From Amoebidium appalachense (taxonomy: Eukaryota; Protista; Ichthyosporea), in the NCBI GenBank assembly GCA_963693365.1, contig CAVNZM010000038.1:1-43095 (forward strand): a stretch of 43,095 nucleotides of DNA, written 5' to 3'. Numbering within the stretch: position 1 is the stretch's first letter; each line of letters starts with the position of its first letter. Shown piece by piece: positions 30,279 through 38,820 of the stretch. A model generated the notes under the pieces. That model made no database searches. It was not told the DNA's origin and worked only from the letters and a program-made list of their open reading frames with translations. A program made the translations under genes and the position numbers.

Positions 30279-32336
30279 TCACTGGAAACTCATGATTTTT
30301 GCAAAATCGAGCAAATGAGCACGTGTGTGTCTTCCAGGCGCCCCTCTTGAAACTCTTCCACCTGCAGGCACGAAGGCCGAACCTCCAAACACCTGCGTCA
30401 GTACCGTGCCGAGCCTCTTGACCCCGACAACCTTTCGGCTATCCATCATGTTTGCATCGGCCCACTCTTTCATGCACTCCACCAAGCCACCCGTTGTGGC
30501 CCAGGTGCCATCCTCGAGACCAAAAACATCTGTTCCCTCTGCGCCAGTTGCGACATCCCTCAGAAATTGTATCTCGATGGGCAGACTCTTCTCCATGAGC
30601 TTCTGTTTGAGATTTGTTTGTGGCGGCGGCGGCATTGTTTTAGGGACACCAGGAAGGTCCAAGAAGAAGTGAAACAGAGCCTCCAGCACTTCGGGTTGCC
30701 TGTGATATCTGACGAACTCGTCGAAGTATCGAAGCTGGCCCACCCGGCTGCTGTTTGCCTCGAGACATATGAATCTCCGATCGGATAGCTCCACACGAAC
30801 GGGCCAGTCTTCGTTTGACAGAAACACGTAGCGCTCGAAGTTTTTGGTGTAGATGCCATCCACCCCCTTTTTCTCCAAAAGGCTGTCTTCTTGTGTGATC
30901 AGACTTTTGATAAGGTTGTTGGCCTCGTGGCTCCCACCAAAGACACACTCGTCGATAACAGCTAGTAGTTTGTGGTTGAGGTGGGAGTTGAACTTGCTGG
31001 ATATGTGTTCCTTGTTCTTCACGTAGGCATAGTATTCCGAGCCAACGAGCGCCTTGAGTACGTCGAAGAACACGTTTTTTCCGGTGCCCTGGACTGACTT
31101 GACGAGAACCGCCGCTCCAGACTTAGTGTCCGGATACTGGAAGATCTGGGCCACCCACTTAAGAAGGTATTCGAATGCCTCGGCGTTTCCATCGGCAAGC
31201 ACCTCGAATGCGTGGCGTATGAACATCTCAATGCCCCCGTATTCACGTACACGGTACTTGTCGAGGAGCTGATCCGGCATGACCACAACCTGCTGGCCAG
31301 GATGGTAGGGGATCACGGGGCATTCTGGACCCATGAAACGGAAGCCCTCGGTGTACTTGATGGGGAAGCCGCGAAAGAAGTTATATGTGAACAAGGCTCC
31401 TTGGCGGTACTTTGGGTTTGTCTCTCCTGTCTTGGGATTGGGCGACGCGGGGTCAAAGACTGCTAGTCCATAACGAGGAATGCGGCGTCCCATAAGGAAG
31501 TCAATGCCGGTGTATGTCCGCTTGATTTCACAACCCTCGCCCTCCATCCACTCGACCACAAAACCCTGCATGGTGCATTTCATGTCTTTTTCAGTCAACG
31601 TCTTGAGTGTGTACACGCCCTTGTCATGGCACCACACCTTCAAGAGGTAGAGGGAGGTTCCGCCGATTTTTCCCACCCACTTCTGCAGGTACTCGACGAG
31701 CTCAGTTTCCTTCCAGGTGGTTGGTAGCAGGTCCGGCATGAACTCGTATCCACCCGGAGGGTCGGTCGACTCCTGCTCCAGAACACGAAACACCTCCTCA
31801 ATATGAGCCAGCCGCTTGCTGTCCTTTTTCGCAACCACAGCGGGGACAGCTGCCGTACAAGGTGCTTCGCCGAATGTGGTCGTATGGGGCCCCTGGGTCC
31901 AACGCGTCGCGGTCGTCCAGTCGAGAATCGGGTTCATTACTACCCTGTTGGCCAAAGGAAATTTCTCCTTGGCCCATGACTTGAGCGCAGCTCTGTTAGG
32001 CCCGGGAGCTGGGTGGCGGGTGTTGCACTCGTAGTGTGCGGTCTTGTGGCGCTTGGACTGACGGGTGGTTATTTCGGCATAAACCAGTCCAAACTGTCGC
32101 TTGAGGGAATTGTGGAGGTCGTTGTGATCGAAGGGCTCATTGTCCACCGTAACTTCCCGGGACCCCTGTGGTGCAAAGACTGCGAGGTACCAGTCAGGAC
32201 AGGCACTGCGGCGCGAGAGCCCTTGGTTTGCCTGCTTGGGTTGATCTGCACCCTCGCAGCAAACCTCGTATTCGGTCTTCTCCGTATCCTTGCCGTCGCA
32301 CCGGGCAGTGTTCATGTTTGAGCGAATGACATCCAT
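30279..32336 (-). CDS. D5-like/DUF5906-type superfamily 3 helicase
   Basis: Walker A SVQGTGKN, Walker B AVIDE, motif C FLSN, arginine finger DRRF; likely ATG at 32336. Confidence 0.9.
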   Translation of the reverse strand: MDVIRSNMNTARCDGKDTEKTEYEVCCEGADQPKQANQGLSRRSACPDWYLAVFAPQGSREVTVDNEPFDHNDLHNSLKRQFGLVYAEITTRQSKRHKTAHYECNTRHPAPGPNRAALKSWAKEKFPLANRVVMNPILDWTTATRWTQGPHTTTFGEAPCTAAVPAVVAKKDSKRLAHIEEVFRVLEQESTDPPGGYEFMPDLLPTTWKETELVEYLQKWVGKIGGTSLYLLKVWCHDKGVYTLKTLTEKDMKCTMQGFVVEWMEGEGCEIKRTYTGIDFLMGRRIPRYGLAVFDPASPNPKTGETNPKYRQGALFTYNFFRGFPIKYTEGFRFMGPECPVIPYHPGQQVVVMPDQLLDKYRVREYGGIEMFIRHAFEVLADGNAEAFEYLLKWVAQIFQYPDTKSGAAVLVKSVQGTGKNVFFDVLKALVGSEYYAYVKNKEHISSKFNSHLNHKLLAVIDECVFGGSHEANNLIKSLITQEDSLLEKKGVDGIYTKNFERYVFLSNEDWPVRVELSDRRFICLEANSSRVGQLRYFDEFVRYHRQPEVLEALFHFFLDLPGVPKTMPPPPQTNLKQKLMEKSLPIEIQFLRDVATGAEGTDVFGLEDGTWATTGGLVECMKEWADANMMDSRKVVGVKRLGTVLTQVFGGSAFVPAGGRVSRGAPGRHTRAHLLDFAKIMSFQ

Positions 32337-32388
32337 TGTGGTAGTGAAGGGGATAGATAATATTTGACGGTCTGAGGTCTGGCAAGCG

Positions 32389-32399
32389 CTTTTATACCT
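32389..32399 (-). promoter_or_regulatory. TATA box AGGTATAAAAG overlapping the zinc-finger gene stop codon
   Basis: 60 nt upstream of the ATG at 32336. Confidence 0.6.
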
Positions 32400-32847
32400 T
32401 CGGGCTGGGCACAAGACTGGGGTGTTCAGTCTCGACGTGCCTGTTCAGGGTTGTAGACCAGGCAAATGCAGCCTGGCACTGGTCGAAGGGGCATGTAAAA
32501 CGCCCGCTTGCGCGCCGGGGCCGTCTCGGCAGCTGACACCCTTCATGAGCTGTTCGTCGGTGAACCCACAAACCCGCAGGATAGACGTAAGTGGCTGGAC
32601 AGTCTGGGCATTGATAGGGTCGGCTGCCAGAGTGTGTGCGCTGGTGCAGTTTCATGTGGTCGCTGCGGGCAAAGCTTGCAAAGCAGCCGGGTTGTGGACA
32701 GGCATATGCGCCGGTGCTATTATTCTTGTGGGTATTTTCGTGTCTTTTTAGATTTGCCTTGAATGTGAACATTGCTGAACACAGTGTGCAAGCGTGGCGC
32801 TTCGGGTTAGGGGGTGTCTCTACGGTTGGCGTGTATTGGAGGTCCAT
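32392..32847 (-). CDS. Four-finger C2H2 zinc-finger protein
   Basis: CTLC..HENTH, CPQPGC..HQRTH, SGSRPY linker, CPDC..HRRTAH, CPFDQC..HVETEH; TATAAA 42 nt upstream. Confidence 0.92.
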   Translation of the reverse strand: MDLQYTPTVETPPNPKRHACTLCSAMFTFKANLKRHENTHKNNSTGAYACPQPGCFASFARSDHMKLHQRTHSGSRPYQCPDCPATYVYPAGLWVHRRTAHEGCQLPRRPRRASGRFTCPFDQCQAAFAWSTTLNRHVETEHPSLVPSPKV

Positions 32848-32939
32848 TACTGCTAAGTGGCAAGAAAAGAAACATGATAACGCTTTATATAACCCCTGGT
32901 CTTCTTCGTCGGCCACTGATTTTTTTGTGACCTACAGTG

Positions 32940-33047
32940 ATGGCCACCTACAACGAGGCGTTTGTCAGCGACAAATTGGCACGGATTGAAGGTGGGAAAC
33001 GCGAAGTGGTGACCCCCGCGGGCCGCATCGACCTGCTCACAGACACG
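32940..33047 (+). pseudogene. 5' stump of a PD-(D/E)xK-family gene truncated by the repeat-bounded element
   Basis: MATYNEAFVSDKLARIEGGKREVVTPAGRIDLLTDT, homologous to the 29262 ORF, ends exactly where the repeat array starts. Confidence 0.75.
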
Positions 33048-33144
33048 GGCGCTCATGCCTCATCTCTCAAACAACACATGTGAAAGCGCCCGGTGATAGC
33101 GCTCATGACCCTACTCCCAAACAACACAGGTGCAAGCGCACGCA

Positions 33145-33201
<57 letters not shown>

Positions 33202-33321
33202 ACATACACAAAGCGCCCGGTGATAGCGCTCATGCCTCATCTCTCCAACAACACATGTGGAAGCGCCCGGTGATAGCGCTCATGACCCTACTCCCAAACA
33301 ACACAGGTGCAAGCGCACGCA

Positions 33322-33396
<75 letters not shown>

Positions 33397-33520
33397 ACAT
33401 ACACAAAGCGCCCGGTGATAGCGCTCATGCCTCATCTCTCAAACAACACATGTGGAAGCGCCCGGTGATAGCGCTCATGACCCTACTCCCAAACAACACA
33501 GGTGCAAGCGCATGCATCGC
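33047..33520 (+). repeat. Left arm: three higher-order repeats, each of two 50-bp variants followed by poly-C
   Basis: Direct inspection. Confidence 0.9.
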
Positions 33521-33554
33521 CCCCCCCCCCCCCCCCCCACCACACACACACACA

Positions 33555-33840
33555 CACACATACAACGGCATTCGGGTACACACATGCACACTTTGCATCC
33601 CCCTCCCCCCCCCCCCACACAAAGGCATTCGGGTACACACATGCACACTTTGCATCCCCCCTCCCCCACACACATACAAAGGCATTCGGGTACACACATG
33701 CACACTTTGCATCCCCCTCCCCCACACACATACAAAGGCATTCGGGTACACACATGCACACTTTGCATCCCCCTCCCCCACACACATACAAAGGCATTCG
33801 GGTACACACATGCACACTTTGCATCCCCCCTCCCCCACCC
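33555..33840 (+). repeat. Minisatellite x5, unit about 55 bp (ggcattcgggtacacacatgcacactttgcatcccc)
   Basis: Direct inspection. Confidence 0.9.
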
Positions 33841-33925
33841 CCTTCGTGAGAATGCACTGAGTGTCACATATTTATAATAAGTTGAATTTTATTGATCGTA
33901 AAAAAGCACGAAGTCGCCTACCCTG

Positions 33926-35806
33926 CTAGTAATATGGTGATACCGATCCGTCAGGCCATTGATCGTAAAAAGGCACGAAGTCGCCTGGCCTGCTGGTAAT
34001 ATGGTGATACCGATCACAGTCAGGCCAAAGTTCATCCCATGTGTTGGTTGCTGCTTCATAATACAACCAGTGGTCGTATGGTTCACCAACTACTTGCACA
34101 TGGTGATTCCTGATGGCATCCTCGAGGGCTGTCTGACACGGCAGTTGCGGGTACCAATCCGCACCATCCAAAACCTCGGCGATAGGAACAGCACTCCACA
34201 GGGCATCCGCGCTGGGAGACGTGTCAGGCTGGCCCGTGGTCTTGTTAATACCGATATAGCTGCTGCGCTGTTGTTCCAAATGGTCGGAGGGGGTTTCTAC
34301 CCAATAATTCTCGATTTCTGCCTGCCACGGGCAGACGCCGTCGGCATCGTTGAGCATGATTTGGTCATATCCACTCGGGGGGTAGATGACGGCCACTTGC
34401 CGGGTTTCGGTGTCGTAAGCATACAACCCGTCAACAACGAATGGCAAATCTCTACCTTGCCCCTCCTTTTGGGCTTTTTGGAACTCTTCGCGCTCAACAT
34501 CTTTCCTGATTGTGTCAATTAAGTCTCCCCAATCGAAGGGAAGCACAATGACGTGTCGTTTGTTCATGACGTCCACAAGCATCTGCCACGACACGCCCAC
34601 TTGCAGACGCCGCATGTATGTGGAAATTTCGACGGTTTCGATGTCGGTATCGATCTGGCCCAGGGGAACAAACTCGCCTTCTTCCTGCCCTTCCTGAATC
34701 TCGTAAGCAAACCACCCCGTGCACCGCCCGAATATGTTTTTGCGCTCGGCAGGCCCACCCTCGCTGTAATCCGCCTGGACCCTGCTAACTAAATTCGAAA
34801 GCTTTTTGTCCCATTCCAGCTTGTGTCTAATGATGTTTGCGTAGTCGTACAGGTGGACTTGGGTACGGGGTGCAGTTGTAACTGGCGGGTTTGAGGCAGC
34901 TTGTGCCAAAATATTGGCCTTTTGGGTGGCCATATCTAGTATTATATTCGCATGGACATCGTCGTAGCCGTCGTTGTCGTGGTCCCTCCGGTGGGCATAA
35001 TGGTCCATCAATCGCAGCAGCAAACACGTGTTAAACGACTCTAACGTATACGCAGAGCTGTCTAACTTGACAACTCCTGCAGACCCTCGCAACCACGCAG
35101 TGCACGGCGGGTAATGCCGCAGTTTGCCGTCCCCCGTGTACCCCTCACTGGGGTGTGTCTCTACGATCCTTCTAATAGCATCCTCAGGAAGTAAACCCCA
35201 CCAGTTCCAGAACCTACTATCCTGAAAATCACTGTTATTCTCTATGGCGTATTGGACATCCGCCAAAGTGGAGGTTGCAAAAAACATATCGGCAAAGCTC
35301 TCGCTCGTTTTTTGGTCCAGTTCGGACATTTTTGCCGCAATCTCTGCTGCTGTGGCCTGCATCACCGTCCTAGTTGCAAGGCAACAGCGCCCTTCAGGGT
35401 TGTACACGGCCAGCTTGTCATAGCTTCGGAGGTACACCGCTGTGCATGCACGGAAACCTGCTTTCAACTCTTCCTGCAGTTGCAATAGACTCAACGAGGT
35501 GTCTACCTCAAACACAACAAAAGGGTGCAACGTTTCCACTAGAGTGACATCTTCGGGGGTTGAAACCGTGGCAAGGCCGTTGGTGTTTGCAAGAGAAAAC
35601 ACTACAACATCTTCCCCTACAGGGCCTAACAACAGCGGTGTCTTCGATGGAACGATCCGAACACGCACTGGCATTGAGGGTGCAAGTCCCATTGCTGACA
35701 GCGAAATAATAATTCTGCATATACCCTGCATGCCAAATCCTGTTGTGTTTTCGTGCAGCTGAGGTCGGTGTATTTGAAACGATTTGGATATAATAACATC
35801 AGTCAT
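33926..35806 (-). CDS. 626-aa intronless orphan protein inside the inverted-repeat element
   Basis: Long intact ORF with no recognisable DDE, HUH or tyrosine-recombinase motif; several CCAAT boxes upstream (35815-35910). Confidence 0.75.
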   Translation of the reverse strand: MTDVIISKSFQIHRPQLHENTTGFGMQGICRIIISLSAMGLAPSMPVRVRIVPSKTPLLLGPVGEDVVVFSLANTNGLATVSTPEDVTLVETLHPFVVFEVDTSLSLLQLQEELKAGFRACTAVYLRSYDKLAVYNPEGRCCLATRTVMQATAAEIAAKMSELDQKTSESFADMFFATSTLADVQYAIENNSDFQDSRFWNWWGLLPEDAIRRIVETHPSEGYTGDGKLRHYPPCTAWLRGSAGVVKLDSSAYTLESFNTCLLLRLMDHYAHRRDHDNDGYDDVHANIILDMATQKANILAQAASNPPVTTAPRTQVHLYDYANIIRHKLEWDKKLSNLVSRVQADYSEGGPAERKNIFGRCTGWFAYEIQEGQEEGEFVPLGQIDTDIETVEISTYMRRLQVGVSWQMLVDVMNKRHVIVLPFDWGDLIDTIRKDVEREEFQKAQKEGQGRDLPFVVDGLYAYDTETRQVAVIYPPSGYDQIMLNDADGVCPWQAEIENYWVETPSDHLEQQRSSYIGINKTTGQPDTSPSADALWSAVPIAEVLDGADWYPQLPCQTALEDAIRNHHVQVVGEPYDHWLYYEAATNTWDELWPDCDRYHHITSRPGDFVPFYDQWPDGSVSPYY

Positions 35807-36160
35807 CGCGCTGATTGGCTAAACGCGGATGACACATCTTTTCGGATGATTGGTTGGATAAATCTAGTTACCATCGGCTAGCCGCGCTGATTGGCCAAAT
35901 CCAATTGGTGTTGCTTCGGCATAACCCGTGCGCAAGCCCGAAAATTCGGATTTGTTTCTTGGTATTTTTTGAAGTCCGGAATATTTTTGCCTGGGGTGTA
36001 TGGTATATTTTCATCCCCAGTTAAAGGGGGTGAAAGGGGGTTCCTATTTTAGCTTACCACGAAATTTGCAGGGGTTTACCATAAACTGAAAATATGATGG
36101 TATTTTTGAAACGTTTAGGGTATTTTTTACCGTAAAAACGGGGTTATGGTCGGGCCTGCC

Positions 36161-36510
36161 CGTGCGCTTGCACCTGTGTTGCTTGAGAGTAGGGTCATGA
36201 GCGCTATCACCGTGCGCTTGCACCTGTGTTGCTTGAGAGTAGGGTCATGAGCGCTATCACCGTGCGCTTGCACCTGTGTTGCTTGAGAGTAGGGTCATGA
36301 GCGCTATCACCGTGCGCTTGCACCTGTGTTGCTTGAGAGTAGGGTCATGAGCGCTATCACCGTGCGCTTGCACCTGTGTTGCTTGAGAGTAGGGTCATGA
36401 GCGCTATCACCGTGCGCTTGCACCTGTGTTGCTTGAGAGTAGGGTCATGAGCGCTATCACCGTGCGCTTGCACCTGTGTTGCTTGAGAGTAGGGTCATGA
36501 TCGCTATCAC
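36161..36510 (-). repeat. Right arm: 50-bp tandem repeat x7
   Basis: cgtgcgcttgcacctgtgttgcttgagagtagggtcatgagcgctatcac; six identical copies plus one with a single substitution. Confidence 0.97.
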
Positions 36511-36611
36511 CATACCCTTGCTCATGAGCGCCCCCCCCCCCCCCCCCCCCAAACCCTCCTCCCATCTGCCCGCACAACCCCAACCCCACATTATATCGTG
36601 CACCGGGTAAC

Positions 36612-37005
36612 ATGGACGCTGGCGCACCCCTTCCCCCACCCAGCCCATTCGCACCCCCCTCCCCCGATCCGCACAAGCCCGCGCAGCACCCCCGGGCCCT
36701 CCCCCATCCTACTGGCCATCCTGGCCGGCCTGATCCTCTACGTGCTCTGGGACACGTTCAGCCCACGTGTGCGGCGGCGCCTGGCAGTGCTCAAGTGCCA
36801 GCGTGCGTGCCCAATGTGTGCCAGCTGCGGCAGCTGCGTTCCCCGCCGCAAGTGTGCGCACTGCCCCCGCTGCCACGTGTGCGGTGCCAGCCCCACTCGG
36901 TGCGCACAGTGCCCCGCATGCACGCGCTGCCCGCCCGAGCAGAAGTGCCCGGCGTGCCCCACGTGTGCGCATGCGCCTGCGGTGGTGATCAAGGAGCGCA
37001 CTTGA
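36612..37005 (+). CDS. TM-anchored CxxC-repeat Cys-rich protein; likely 1-nt frameshift near 36690
   Basis: ATG at 36612 (Pro-rich frame) followed, in the adjacent frame, by ILLAILAGLILYVLW and CPMCASC...CPACPTC. Confidence 0.6.
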
Positions 37006-37041
37006 AGGGTTGGGTGAGCAGAGATTTTTGTGGCATAGAGT

Positions 37042-37302
37042 ATGGCGTACCAATGGGAGTACAAGCTGAAGGAGGAGCCCGGCAAGGCACCCGTGGTGCA
37101 GGCAACTATTGTGCCGACCGAGGCCACCACCCGGCGGACGCAGATGGAGCAACGAGCATACGCACAAGAGCTTGCGGAAAAGGGCTATATAGATCTGCCC
37201 GATGAGTTGGCGGAGAAGTGTGGATTCAAGAAGTGGGTGCCGAAGAATCAACGACAGACAGCAATTGTACTGCAGAAGATGATGGAGCCTGAGGATGCAT
37301 AG
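37042..37302 (+). CDS. Small hypothetical protein
   Basis: 86-aa ATG ORF with protein-like composition. Confidence 0.55.
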   Translation: MAYQWEYKLKEEPGKAPVVQATIVPTEATTRRTQMEQRAYAQELAEKGYIDLPDELAEKCGFKKWVPKNQRQTAIVLQKMMEPEDA

Positions 37303-37334
37303 AGACCTACACACAAAGGATGAATGGACTTACA

Positions 37335-37406
37335 CCACAAACATGGAAAATGTAAATGACGAGAGAATCTCCACAAACATGGAAAATGTAAATGACGAGA
37401 GAATCT
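37335..37406. repeat. 36-bp tandem duplication
   Basis: ccacaaacatggaaaatgtaaatgacgagagaatct x2. Confidence 0.9.
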
Positions 37407-37493
37407 GTTGGGATGTTTAATTTTGATGAGCTGGAGTCTATCTCCCCCCCCCTCCCCTTCACCGTTCAATGAAAACTTGGTAGCATGTGTATC

Positions 37494-37767
<274 letters not shown>

Positions 37768-37999
37768 CAATGTACGTGCCAGTGTGCTTGTACACAGATT
37801 GAAAAGGAGACTTGGGGTATATTAAATGGAGTCTCTCCCGCTACCACGGGCAAATACATTCAATAATCATTACGGAAACTTGGTACTGTTACCGGGCAAA
37901 TACAATATACATGAAAATTTGGATAAGATTGAAGCAGATCACATTCGAATAAACATTACAGAAAACTTGGTATGAAAACTTTGTACCACGTCTTTCCTC

Positions 38000-38410
38000 C
38001 ACCACACCCATCACAAACCCCTATAGATGTGGATGTGTGCCTACTGCCCACACCACCACAAATACGTTTCCCCCACCGCACCCACCACAAACCCTAAGTA
38101 AGATGTGAATGTGGGGCCTACCCGCCGCCACCACTACAACTACGTTTCCCCCACCGCACCCACCACAAACCCTAAGTAAGATGTGAATGTGGGGCCTACC
38201 CGCCGCCACCACTACAACTACGTTTCCCCCACCGCACCCACCACAAACCCTAAGTAAGATGTGAATGTGGGGCCTACCCGCCGCCACCACTACAACTACG
38301 TTTCCCCCCACCGCACCCACCACAAACCCTAAGTAAGATGTGAATGTGGGGCCTACCCGCCGCCACCACTACAACTACGTTTCCCCCACCGCACCCACCA
38401 CAAACCCTAG
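38000..38410. repeat. 78-bp minisatellite, about 5 copies, directly 3' of the JmjC gene stop codon
   Basis: Repeated ccacaaaccctaagtaagatgtgaatgtggggcctacccgccgccaccactacaactacgtttcccccaccgcaccca. Confidence 0.92.
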
Positions 38411-38733
38411 GCCACATTCATTTTGGCTTCCTCCTCGAACTCCTTGATGTCAGCCTTGTACTTCTCTCTCAGCTTTTTCCACTGTGCAGGGGACACCTGT
38501 GGGTTGATAGTTGGGTGTAAGTGGTAGTCCAGCCAGGTGATTTGTTTATGCAAGGCTCAGACATCACTGTATGCCATTACCTCAAACACACCCACGCACC
38601 CACCACTACACCACCATGGCACACACCCACAGAAAACGAACTCCTACGTGTGGACCAGGTCAAGAAAAACTCTGCAAGGACCCAAAAAACCGTTTTTACG
38701 AACCCCTACATGTAATTGTGAATGCTAGGGCAT

Positions 38734-38820
<87 letters not shown>

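Larger units (their letters stand above)
33047..36533. mobile_element. Foldback-like element bounded by inverted arrays of a 50-bp unit
   Basis: Left units gtgatagcgctcatgaccctactcccaaacaacacaggtgcaagcgcacg are nearly the reverse complement of the right units; terminal gggcgctcatg (33047) and catgagcgccc (36523-36533). Confidence 0.55.
1..37302. mobile_element. Giant endogenous viral element (Nucleocytoviricota-like); left end lies outside the window, right boundary approximate
   Basis: Tightly packed, almost intronless ORFs with NCLDV-typical families (A16/G9/J5, penton-like, A22 resolvase, D5-like helicase, Nudix, KilA-N/T5orf172), contiguous with satellite-rich, intron-containing eukaryotic DNA; several genes are decayed. 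Confidence 0.85.

Noticed and set aside
33093-33877. Pro/His/Cys-rich ORFs in several frames
   Set aside because: They are translations of minisatellites and poly-C runs
33892-34016. Near-identical repeat pair at a gene 3' end as a DGR template/variable repeat
   Set aside because: No reverse transcriptase in the window, the copies are adjacent and out of frame, and only four differences exist, not all at adenines
36140-36158. gggttatggtcgggcctg as a hAT-like transposon end
   Set aside because: No matching partner end was found in the window
36161-36510. Regular 50-bp array as a CRISPR locus
   Set aside because: The units are contiguous and essentially identical, with no unique spacers, no cas genes, and a eukaryotic context
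1-37302. Polinton/Maverick or virophage identity for the element
   Set aside because: No protein-primed PolB, integrase or major capsid protein was seen, and the A16-like, A22 and Nudix genes and overall size fit a larger NCLDV
38021-38323. 26-aa repeat ORF as the JmjC protein tail
   Set aside because: It lies downstream of the in-frame TAG at 38407-38409
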